A stretch of 64,000 nt of DNA, from assembly GCA_041746255.1 (NCBI GenBank), contig JBGTHM010000053.1, positions 59,153 through 123,152 of the forward strand, in the 5' to 3' direction. Made by a program: the position numbers and the translations under genes. Shown here one piece after another: positions 9,771 through 19,000 of this stretch (within the stretch, counting starts at the first letter, position 1; each line of letters opens with the position of its first letter). Origin of the DNA: Fibrobacteria bacterium. GTDB lineage: Bacteria > Fibrobacterota > Fibrobacteria > UBA11236. The notes under the pieces were generated by a model that saw only the letters and a program-made list of their open reading frames with translations, had not been told where the DNA came from and searched no databases.

Positions 9771-11545
9771 TGGAATTACGCCTTATCTCCGCAAGTGAAA
9801 CCCGGACTTTTCCGTTGCAAGGGAGTTTGGTCCTGGTGGGCGCCGCCCCGGATGCCGATATCCATCTCGACGAGGCGGGAATGGCCGAGGTGGCGCTGCG
9901 GATGGAAAAATCAGCACAGGGCTTCCGCGTAACCAATGTGGAAAACGACTCGCGTATCCGTCTGAACGGAGCCCGGTTTCAACAGGCGGAATTGGGCCTG
10001 GGCGATAGATTGGAAATCGGATCGCAAATAGGCGTTCTGGATCATGGGCAAGGGAAAAACGTTTCTGTCCCGAGTAAGAACGTGGAGGCCGGATTAACCC
10101 AGGATAACCGACTGCGGGAAATTCTGGAAGCTTTCGCCGCGTTGGTTTCGAGTGAAACCGATTTGCAAAAAGTTGCCGAAGGGGCGGTGGAGACCATGGC
10201 CAAGGCCTTTCGCGCCACCGAAGCCTTTCTTTTCGCTTTGGATAGGGAGGGTAATCCCACCGTAAGCGCAGCAACGGGCCCGGCCTCGGCGCAAGAACGT
10301 TTTAGCGACACTTTGGTTCAAGATGTTTTGCAATCCGGAAAAGGCAGGGCGATTCCCCATGCCCTGACGGATCCGCAATATGGGTCGGCGCAAAGTATTG
10401 TGGAATTGAAATTACAAACCGTGTTGGCCGCACCGATTCGCCTGGCGGGTCGTGTCGTAGGATTGATTTATCTGGGATGCCGCAAAGGCGACGTGTCCTA
10501 TTCCGAGACGGATCTCGCCGTACTGGAAACCTATTCGGTGGTATTGGGCATGTTGCTCCATAGCGTCGATTATATTTCTCAGCAAAGGGAGGCCATTCGG
10601 CGGCTGGCGGGTGCGGATACGGAAGATGGAATCGTAACCCAGTCGCCGGTTATGCAGAATTTATTGGAGCAGCTTCGCAATGTTGCTCCCTCCGAAATCA
10701 CGGTGTTGATTCAGGGAGAAACCGGTACGGGCAAGGAAGTGCTTTCCGAATATTTGCATCGCAAAAGCGACCGAGCAAAAAAATCTTTCGTGGCGGTCAA
10801 TTGCAGCAGTTTGCGCGGCGAATTGCTCGAAAGCGAATTGTTCGGATATAAAAAAGGAGCTTTCACGGGAGCGCAATCCGATCGGCGGGGCCTCTTTCAG
10901 GCGGCGCATCAGGGAACTTTGCTGCTCGACGAAATCGGTGAAATGGATTTGAATCTGCAGGCGAAATTATTGCGGGTACTGGAGTCGGGCCGAGTCCGCC
11001 CGGTCGGTGCGGTGCAGGAAGAGGAAGTCGACGTGCGAGTGGTGGCGGCGACCCACCGGGATTTACAGAAAATGGTCAGCGAGGGGGTATTCCGCCAAGA
11101 CCTTTACTTCCGTATCGCCCAGGTTACGCTGGTGATTCCACCTTTGCGTGAGCGTGCGGAAGACATCCTTTTGCTGTCGCACCATTTCCTGGAAAAATTC
11201 CGCGCCAAATATCCCCATAAAGACGTACGCGATTTCCATCCGGATGCCTGGGGCGCTTTGATGGCGCATGAATGGCCGGGCAATGTACGCGAATTGGCCA
11301 ACGTAGTGCACCGCGCGGTACTTTCGGCTTCCTCCGCTTTGGTGACCTTGGAGGCCGGCGCCTTTTCTCCCCGCTTTGCGGAAATGGAAGAGGCGACCTC
11401 CCGCTTCCAGAAATCCTATTTGGAGCGGGCTTTGGTCTTATCCAAAAACAACAAGGAGGATGCGGCGCGATTATTGGGTATGAGCCGCAGCACATTCTTC
11501 CGGTACCTCTCGCAATTGGGAATACAGACGGGAGCGCAGTCATGA
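9767..11545 (+). CDS. sigma54-dependent enhancer-binding protein (FHA-like + GAF + AAA+ + Fis HTH)
   Basis: GETGTGKE Walker A, ESELFG..KGAFTGA, LLLDEIGE, FRQDLYFR, WPGNVREL, AARLLGMSRSTF; N-terminal FHA-like and GAF regions. Confidence 0.93.
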   Translation: MMELRLISASETRTFPLQGSLVLVGAAPDADIHLDEAGMAEVALRMEKSAQGFRVTNVENDSRIRLNGARFQQAELGLGDRLEIGSQIGVLDHGQGKNVSVPSKNVEAGLTQDNRLREILEAFAALVSSETDLQKVAEGAVETMAKAFRATEAFLFALDREGNPTVSAATGPASAQERFSDTLVQDVLQSGKGRAIPHALTDPQYGSAQSIVELKLQTVLAAPIRLAGRVVGLIYLGCRKGDVSYSETDLAVLETYSVVLGMLLHSVDYISQQREAIRRLAGADTEDGIVTQSPVMQNLLEQLRNVAPSEITVLIQGETGTGKEVLSEYLHRKSDRAKKSFVAVNCSSLRGELLESELFGYKKGAFTGAQSDRRGLFQAAHQGTLLLDEIGEMDLNLQAKLLRVLESGRVRPVGAVQEEEVDVRVVAATHRDLQKMVSEGVFRQDLYFRIAQVTLVIPPLRERAEDILLLSHHFLEKFRAKYPHKDVRDFHPDAWGALMAHEWPGNVRELANVVHRAVLSASSALVTLEAGAFSPRFAEMEEATSRFQKSYLERALVLSKNNKEDAARLLGMSRSTFFRYLSQLGIQTGAQS

Positions 11546-12894
11546 AAACGCGCCATATGTTCACTTTGCTGCGGATGTGGCTATTGGCTGGGATGGTTTC
11601 CGCCGCAGGCCTTTTTGCGGCGCCGATGCATCTGGGTTCGCGCGATATTTATGCAGGGGGCAAGACGCATGTCGAGGCGCCCATTCTCCTAACCAATTTT
11701 GACCAGCAGGTGGTGAAGCGGGTGGATTTCACTTTGCGCTACCCTACCGCTGCTTTAGGCTCCCCAGCTCTTCCCGCTGCTTCCATCATGGAGGGTTGGA
11801 CGGCGAATATCGTTTCCTCCGGCGCGGGATGGGTGCGAATTTCGGCGGAAAACGGCGGGGAAGGGACGGAAGTATCCTGGTTACATCTGCTCAACCTGCG
11901 TTTCCCAACGACGGGTACTTCTACGCAGTCGCTCGAATTCGAGGAAATCCGGATAAACGGGATTATCCTGGCTGGTCTTGAAACCACCCCCTTTCGTATC
12001 CGGAATACTTCGCTTCCAGCCAAGGGCGATATCAATGGGGATGGCCGTATCGATATTGCCGATGTCGATGCGGCATTGGAGGCGTTGACTGCGGGAACGG
12101 CTAACTCCACTTTTCCGGACTTCAACCAAAGTGGCTCCTTCGATGCTCATGACGCGGGGTTGTTGCACCGCCATGTGGTGGGATTACTGCCAGGCTTGTT
12201 GAGCGCAGCTGCCGGTAATACCTACCCTCCGGCATTGGTACCGAAACTGACTATGCAGGCTCCGAAAGCATTGGGAAACAATATCTATTCCTACGTTGTC
12301 CGGGGCGAAAATTTGCGGGGGATCATTTCCGCGGATCTGGTGTTTCAAATAGATGGGAATATCATTGCAAATATCAACTCTACCCGTTTCGCGCAAACCT
12401 CGGTTATCAGCAAGGAAGCGACCCTAGGGGGCCGGAGGCATATCCGGTTCTCGACTCCCCATGCCGTGGATAGTTCGCCACTGGATTGGCTGGAAATCAT
12501 TGCCGTTCACAAACCGGGCCAAACGGGACAGGGGATTTCCATTCCGAACTACTATGAGGTTAAAACCCAGTCTGCAAGTTCACCCGCAATGAACGCTGTC
12601 GGCATTACCTATGGTCTGCAAATATTTAATAATCCCCCAACGACTCGGGTCCACAATCCTAACGCTCCTCATGTTCCATTCACCAACTTGACCCTGGATA
12701 ACTATTTATGTGAGTCGTATCGATGGGGTGAGGCCTATCCCTATTTAATTTATAGCATGCAGGGCCGCCTCCTCCGGCGCGGTTTCCTCACGAGTGGCAC
12801 CCCTGCCGTGCTCCCTGTGTTGCCCCCTGGAAAATACCAGCTCCGGCTGAATGGGCCCGAAGTCCTGAATTTCTCTCTCGACGTTCAGAAATAG
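11542..12894 (+). CDS. Secreted cohesin + dockerin domain protein with C-terminal sorting tail
   Basis: ATG 11542 overlaps the activator stop; cohesin-like VEAPILLTN...DFTLRYP; dockerin duplicated EF-hand GDINGDGRIDIADV / DFNQSGSFDAHDA; MQGRLLR...PGKYQL tail. Confidence 0.75.
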   Translation: MKTRHMFTLLRMWLLAGMVSAAGLFAAPMHLGSRDIYAGGKTHVEAPILLTNFDQQVVKRVDFTLRYPTAALGSPALPAASIMEGWTANIVSSGAGWVRISAENGGEGTEVSWLHLLNLRFPTTGTSTQSLEFEEIRINGIILAGLETTPFRIRNTSLPAKGDINGDGRIDIADVDAALEALTAGTANSTFPDFNQSGSFDAHDAGLLHRHVVGLLPGLLSAAAGNTYPPALVPKLTMQAPKALGNNIYSYVVRGENLRGIISADLVFQIDGNIIANINSTRFAQTSVISKEATLGGRRHIRFSTPHAVDSSPLDWLEIIAVHKPGQTGQGISIPNYYEVKTQSASSPAMNAVGITYGLQIFNNPPTTRVHNPNAPHVPFTNLTLDNYLCESYRWGEAYPYLIYSMQGRLLRRGFLTSGTPAVLPVLPPGKYQLRLNGPEVLNFSLDVQK

Positions 12895-12936
12895 TCCACC
12901 CCACTAATCCATACCACCCACTCTACATCAAAGCCA

Positions 12937-12971
12937 TCCCAACTTTGGGACAGGCCTTCCCATTTTCCGGA
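12937..12971 (+). promoter_or_regulatory. Tandem enhancer-like palindromes (putative bEBP UAS)
   Basis: TCCCA-ACTT-TGGGA (12937-12950) and TCCCA-TTTT-CCGGA (12958-12971), starts 21 bp apart. Confidence 0.62.
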
Positions 12972-13064
12972 TTCCCGCCTAAGGTTATCCTTTTCCTCAA
13001 ACCCTGCTTCCACCGGATTCGCAGGAATCACCCAATAATATTCCCATCCCTCACTTCAAACCTT

Positions 13065-13080
13065 TGGCCCGTACTTTGCA
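13065..13080 (+). promoter_or_regulatory. sigma54 (-24/-12) promoter of the His kinase gene
   Basis: TGGCCCGTACTTTGCA, near-perfect match to TGGCACG-N4-TTGCW. Confidence 0.8.
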
Positions 13081-13092
13081 GTAGCACTAGGT

Positions 13093-13803
13093 ATGAATAC
13101 AACCACTTCCTCCCGTCCCGCACGTTGGTTGGCGCATGAACTGGGCAATTACCTGGCGGCCTTGCGCACGAATCTGAATCTGCTGTATGGTCGCGGTGAG
13201 GATATTCCCTCCCGCGATCGTCCTCGGTGGGAGCGTGTGCTCAACTCATGCGAGAAGCTGGAGGCCATGACGAAGGATATGCTGCAATTGGGAAAAGAAG
13301 CCGATACGGATTCGCAGCCCCCTCTCCAATCCGGCTTCCGCACAGTGGATTTGCCTACCCTGGTTAAACGCATTTGCCTCCGTGAGTTCTCTGATGCATT
13401 CGGGTCTATCCTCTTCTCGAGGGCCGGCGCATCCGGTAGACAGGTATTTGGAAATGAAACCTTGCTGGAGGGAGCTTTCTCCAACCTGTTCCGCAATGCC
13501 TTCGCGGCGGGAGCGACACGCATCGAGGTGGATTTTCGTTTGCTGGCAGGTAAGCTGGCGGTTTCCGTCGAGGATAACGGACATGGCTGTGGAGAAGAAA
13601 TTCTCGATAAAATATTCGAAGACGATTTCACCACAAAAAAAGATGGCGCCGGGTTGGGAATGGGATTGGTACGCGAAATCGTGCATGCCCATGGGGGTGA
13701 GATAACAGCCTTTTCCAAAAACGTCCTGGGAAACGCTTCCGGGCTTATCATCCTTTTGTCTTTTCCAATTAAGGGTGAAGGCTCCAAGCCAATAAAGCCT
13801 TGA
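13093..13803 (+). CDS. Histidine kinase lacking a sensor domain (HisKA + HATPase_c)
   Basis: LAHELGNYL H-box at the extreme N-terminus; NLFRNA, VEDNGHG, FTTKKDGAGLGMG boxes. Confidence 0.85.
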   Translation: MNTTTSSRPARWLAHELGNYLAALRTNLNLLYGRGEDIPSRDRPRWERVLNSCEKLEAMTKDMLQLGKEADTDSQPPLQSGFRTVDLPTLVKRICLREFSDAFGSILFSRAGASGRQVFGNETLLEGAFSNLFRNAFAAGATRIEVDFRLLAGKLAVSVEDNGHGCGEEILDKIFEDDFTTKKDGAGLGMGLVREIVHAHGGEITAFSKNVLGNASGLIILLSFPIKGEGSKPIKP

Positions 13804-14182
13804 GTTCGGAAGCCTGCGAAGCCTCTCCCTCCAACGGCTCCAGGCAAAGGTGCCGTCCTCCTGACCGACGCCAGTAGGCCGAATTGGGCAAATCTCCTTC
13901 GCGTTTATGGAAGATGGCATGCAATAAATCGAAATCCTTTTCGCCTTCGTGGGCCTGGGCGATTTCGTGGGCGGGTTCGCAGCGATCGTTCCACAGTAGG
14001 GCGATGGCGAGGACCAATTCTTGCAGCCGGGAATCCCAGTTCGCTTGGCGGCCCAGCAAGGATATTTTTTCGCGTAGGGCTTTCTCGGTGAATGCCTCCG
14101 GCCGGGACGACAAATCCGGCGAAGGTGCGCCCGAGGCGAATAATTCCCAGCCAACCCGGTTCAGGTCTACGGACTTTTCCAT
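13769..14182 (-). CDS. Conserved hypothetical protein
   Basis: AHEIAQ...LHAIFHKREGD..NSAYW motif of a small widespread uncharacterised family; directly downstream of phoR. Confidence 0.7.
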   Translation of the reverse strand: MEKSVDLNRVGWELFASGAPSPDLSSRPEAFTEKALREKISLLGRQANWDSRLQELVLAIALLWNDRCEPAHEIAQAHEGEKDFDLLHAIFHKREGDLPNSAYWRRSGGRHLCLEPLEGEASQASELKALLAWSLHP

Positions 14183-14194
14183 TACTGGGCGACC

Positions 14195-15958
14195 TCAGGT
14201 TTTCGGTGACACCAAAACATCGGGAGGGAACTCTACCAGGAAACGGCTGCCTTTGCCCACGGTGCTTTCCGCGCGCACATTGATGCCGTACCGGTGCGCC
14301 GCATGCTTTACGATGGAAAGGCCAAGCCCCGTGCCCTCGAACTTGGGCCGGGCCGCGTCGGCGCGGTAAAAACGTTCGAAAATACGGTTGAGAATCTCGG
14401 AGGACATCCCCTTGCCGGTGTCCTCCACCACCAATACCGCACCGTCTTTTTCCGTCAGGGTAATATTCACGCGTCCGCCACGCTCATTGTATTTGATGGC
14501 GTTGCTGATCAGATTATTGATTATGAGATCCAGATCATGCTGTTCCATGCATACCCGCAGGTTTTTCGGAACGCGACAGTCGATACTCACCTCCATCTCT
14601 TCCTGGGCGTGCCGGTGCATGTGTAATGCGGCTTGCAGGCAGTCGTTCAGGTTCAATTCCTGAGGGTCGAGAGGGACATGACTGTATTCCAATTGGGAAA
14701 GATGCAGAAGGTTGAGTATCAACTTTTCCAGGCGCAAGGCGTTGACATGGATTTTTTCCACGAAGGAGCGGCGAACCCGGTCGTTGTCCAGGGCGCCGTC
14801 GAGCAGGGTTTCCGAATAGCCTTTTATCGAAGACAGCGGGGTTTTGAGCTCGTGCGAGGCATTGGCCACGAATTCGGTTTTCATGCGATCGAGGTTGCGG
14901 AATTCGCCGATGTCGGTAAGAGTGATGAGAAGTTCGCCGATGTCGCGGGGCCCCAGCGGTCTTATGTGACAAGAGATATCATGATCCGAAAAGGGGCCTT
15001 TATCGAAGCGGACGGAAGCAGGGTTTCCGGTTTCCCTCACGCGGAGGACGGCATCGAGCAAAGGTTTCACCTGCACTTGTTCATGCAGCGCTTTGCCGTG
15101 CAAGGATCTTTCCGCCTCCAACCCCAGCAAATGGCGGAAGGCCGGATTCGCCACGCGTATGCGACCTTGATTGTTCACTATCACGATGCCCTCATGCAAT
15201 TGGTTGAGGATGAGGAGCAGATTGTCTTTTTCCAATTCCAAATCGTGGTGATTGCGTTGCAAACCACGGGCGTACAAATTCCAAGATTCGCCCAGGAAGG
15301 CGGTCTCGGAAAATCCTTCCTCAGACTTCGGTTCCAAAGGTTTGCGGTTTCCCGGCGGAACCATGCCTTGCAGCGAAACCAATATTCTGCGATTCATCCA
15401 TCCACCGGCGAGGAAGGAAATTCCCAATACCGCAAAAGGAAACGCGAAGAGCAAGGCGACTCCGTAGGTTCGATAGGAGTTCAATAAAGCCTGTTCGTTG
15501 GCGAGACGGACATAGTGTCCGGATTTGAGGCGTTGGGCCACATAGAACATCTGCCGTCCCAGCGTATGAGAAAACCGTTGCGATACGCCCCAGCCTCGGT
15601 TGCGCGCCATTTCCAATTCAGGGCGATGGAGATGATTGGCTGTTTCCCCCAGGCCGATGGCGGGAATGTGGGAATCGGCAAGCACCCCTCCCGCTTCGTC
15701 GATGAGACTGACCCGATGGCCGCTTACGGCGGAAATCGCCTTGGCGAAAGAATCGGCAACGGCGGTATGGAAGAGCAAGCCGGGGTTCTCTTCCAATTCA
15801 CCGCGTATCCACTGCAAATGACTATTAAGGTCGCCTTCGAGGGAGGCGGATAACCGCGCCTGTCCCAAACGAAAAAGACCGATCATGAAAATGAACAGCA
15901 CCGCTCCGAATAGAAGGTAGGAGATGAGAAGGCTATGTCGGAGGGAGCGCCAAGGCAT
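14195..15958 (-). CDS. phoR: Phosphate regulon sensor histidine kinase PhoR
   Basis: Two TMs, periplasmic NHLHRPE motif, PAS, EFVANASHELKTPL, IFERFYRAD, GTGLGLSIVKH. Confidence 0.85.
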   Translation of the reverse strand: MPWRSLRHSLLISYLLFGAVLFIFMIGLFRLGQARLSASLEGDLNSHLQWIRGELEENPGLLFHTAVADSFAKAISAVSGHRVSLIDEAGGVLADSHIPAIGLGETANHLHRPELEMARNRGWGVSQRFSHTLGRQMFYVAQRLKSGHYVRLANEQALLNSYRTYGVALLFAFPFAVLGISFLAGGWMNRRILVSLQGMVPPGNRKPLEPKSEEGFSETAFLGESWNLYARGLQRNHHDLELEKDNLLLILNQLHEGIVIVNNQGRIRVANPAFRHLLGLEAERSLHGKALHEQVQVKPLLDAVLRVRETGNPASVRFDKGPFSDHDISCHIRPLGPRDIGELLITLTDIGEFRNLDRMKTEFVANASHELKTPLSSIKGYSETLLDGALDNDRVRRSFVEKIHVNALRLEKLILNLLHLSQLEYSHVPLDPQELNLNDCLQAALHMHRHAQEEMEVSIDCRVPKNLRVCMEQHDLDLIINNLISNAIKYNERGGRVNITLTEKDGAVLVVEDTGKGMSSEILNRIFERFYRADAARPKFEGTGLGLSIVKHAAHRYGINVRAESTVGKGSRFLVEFPPDVLVSPKT

Positions 15959-16015
15959 GGCAGGAAATTAGTAAAAACCCGGTGCGGGCCCGTTTTAAGC
16001 GGGAGTCCGGTTCGA

Positions 16016-19000
16016 CTAAAATTCCCGCAAAGGCAGGGATTGACTCCAGGCGGTGTTGGGGCCGCGAGCCTCCAACAATAGGAAGGCGGCTTGGGATGCA
16101 CGTCGGGAGGGTGCCAAGGTGGAAAGGCTAAGCCGGTAATTCCCTGCCGGCCACTCCGCTTTCCCAATCCGGTTGAGCCGCACTCCATTCGCGTTATAGA
16201 GCGAGATTTCCAATCGCGTGGCATGAGGCAGGGAAAAGTGAAGCAGGGTTTCGGCGTTGTTGTGGGAAAGGTGGGCGGAGAATTTATCCGGTGAGTCATT
16301 GCGGTTTAGCCAGTGACCGGCCATCAATGCCGAAGGCCCTGCCCAGATTTCGAGGGTATCACTGGCAACCGGCGGCAGCGCTATCGCAAAAGCGGTATCG
16401 ATGCGGCGGGCTGGACCGGTGGAGGAGACCATCCATACTTGCCAATCGAAAGGCAGGTCCTTGGTTAAAATGGACAGGCTGTCCGGGGCCTCGCTCCGAC
16501 TGCGTTGGGAAATTACCCGCCAACGCAGGATGCTCTCTCCCTCGAAACGGACCACGTCGGTTCCCAACTTACGGCCCTCCCGGTGCGACCAAATGGCCCC
16601 GGGAATTTGAGCGGTATTGGCCGGAGGGAAAAATTCGTCTTCAATGGATAATCCCGTGCCCGCGCCGGGCGTCGCGCCCAGCAGGAGAAAATTTCCTCGT
16701 TTCAGCAAAAGGTGCATCCGGTTTCCCGAGCCTGTCTTGCGCATGGCTATGGGCTTGGCGGAGAAGGGCTTTTCCAACAAGGTAACGGAGGCTTCTTTGT
16801 TGTAGCAATACACGAAATAGCCGCGCCAGGGCTCAAGCGAATCGCTGGGGAAATAGTTCCCGCTATTCGCGTCGTAAATCCAAGGGTTTTTGATGGGGTT
16901 GTAGAAGTACGTTTCCAGATCCTGGCGTGATCCCGGCCAGTAAAGGGTTTTTTCCCGGGTATTCGAAACGAGGTTCCAGCCTTCCCGCAGATTGATCTTG
17001 ACGCTGCCGTTTAGGGTGGTGGATGCGGAAGTGACTTCGTGGAAAAGGGCGCTTTTGAGGCTCGAGGGGCTACTCAACCAAAAAGCCTGGTGGGCAGGCA
17101 GCGTGTCTTCGTCCCGAAGATTACGATATGCCTGCTTGGCCGCGTCCCAGGCCGTTCCTTTGAGCGAGGCGACCCCGTTGTTTTTCCGCAGTCCGCCGAG
17201 AGTCAGGGGCGGATCGAGCGCGATGGGCACACTTACCAAATCCCAGGGCGCGCCCCCGTTCACGCCCACTTTCCAGGAGGAGGGGCTTCGGTAATTTGTA
17301 AGCCGTCGTTTCGGGAGAAAGGTGGAGTTGGAGTCGGTCGGAAACAGGGAAAGCTGCCTACCGTCGCCGACCTGGATATTTATCCGCACCGGGTCGGATG
17401 CGTTGTCCCCGTTTTCAACCAGCAGAACCAAGTCCTTGCCGGTTGTCCATTCGAGATATTGCCATTCGGGCGATGCTGCGTCCGACCTTTTTATCGCGAC
17501 CTTAAGATTCGAGGTATTGTCTTGTAAGGTGAATTCCAGTTCGGTATGACCGTCCGCGTTCACTTGTTCTTTTTCGAGCTTGATAAGCGGAGCGAGCGTA
17601 TCGCGGGCGCGGAAGTAGACTCCGGACCCGGGGAGCGTCACGGTGGCTGCGGAGGTGAGATTGAGGGTGCGATTTCCGTCCGCTACCCAGTACAGTTCCC
17701 CTTCATTGGAACCGGTGTAATGGAATCGCGCCAGGGAGGAATCGTTCACGCTGGGCAAGGTCAGTCGGAATGCGCATTCCGGCGCCGCGAAGCCCGGATA
17801 AGTCTTCAAGCTGTCTTCCGGCAGGGCTTTAAACTGGGCGGTTGATCCGGCCGACTCCCAGGTAACCCGGCAATGGTTGCTTAAGCGGAATTCTCCGCCG
17901 GGAATCAAGCTTACGGGGCCGGTAGGGGCGAAACGATAATTTGTCGATATTATCGGACTGGCGCGGCGGAGATCGCCGTCACCGATAATGGCAACGGCGC
18001 GGAGAGTGGTTTCCTGCGAGATACGCAGCGGTGCTTGATAGATTATGCCCGAATTCATATCCGGAGCAGTTCCATTCAAAGTATATCGGATGACGGCATT
18101 GGAATCCGCTGCGTGCAAAACCACTTCGGCTTCCGATGCGAAGAGCCCGCCGCCCGGTGAGACGACGGGCGGGGCGGGAATGCGGGCGTAGGCCTGGTCC
18201 ATGATGGCGCTCGGCTCCACCCCTGGAGCATATGCGATGGCGCGAAGCCGCACACCCTGTTTAAGCACAAGCCTTTTTCCATAAAGCGCAGAAGCTTGGG
18301 TAGGCAGGGAACCGTCCAGGGTGTAATGCACGGAGACATCTGAAGCCGTAGCCGAGAGTGTCACTGCCAGCGAGTCCGTGAAATCCCGGCTTAAAGGCGA
18401 GGCTGTGGGTGGAACCAGACGCCGGGTGTAGAGGGCTTCCACCGTATCGCTGGTTTCCGCGTCGCGCGTACTGAAAGCCCAGATGCGCGTCGTAGTCCGC
18501 AGGATAATCGGGCTTTCGTAAAAACGCACCAGACCATCGCTTTCCAATTTGTAATAGAGAGCCGCATTAGGCGCCGCGCCGCTCAAGGTAACTATGATGA
18601 GACTATCGGTGAATTCCGTGGCGCCCGGAGTGAAAATGGGCTTGGGCAGGGTTCCCGGCGAAGGAGAATTACGGATATAGAAGGCCTTGCCTATGACGCT
18701 GGTGTCGCCCTTTAGCACCGCGAAGGACTGGAGGTCGGTGGTGTTTCGCAACACGATAGGTTGGGAGTAGGGTTCCGGGTCGCCGTTGTCGCGCATGAAA
18801 AAAATGTCGGCCTGGAGGACTGCGACGCTTAAGGAAACCGTCACGCTGTCGTCGAAGTGCGATCCGGAAGGCGTGGCTGTAGGCGCGGGAAAAGAAACGA
18901 GAAGACGGGCGGCGGCGCTTTGCGCTTGACCGGAGGAGTTTCCCACGCGGCAGAAGAACAAGGATCCGCTATCCTTGAGCCCGGGCGATTCCAGGGTAAG

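Noticed and set aside
14633..15487. 284-aa + strand ORF and similar long antisense ORFs (13246-14154, 43700-44488, 25462-26130)
   Set aside because: Shadow ORFs antisense to, or overlapping, well-supported genes; no recognisable motifs.
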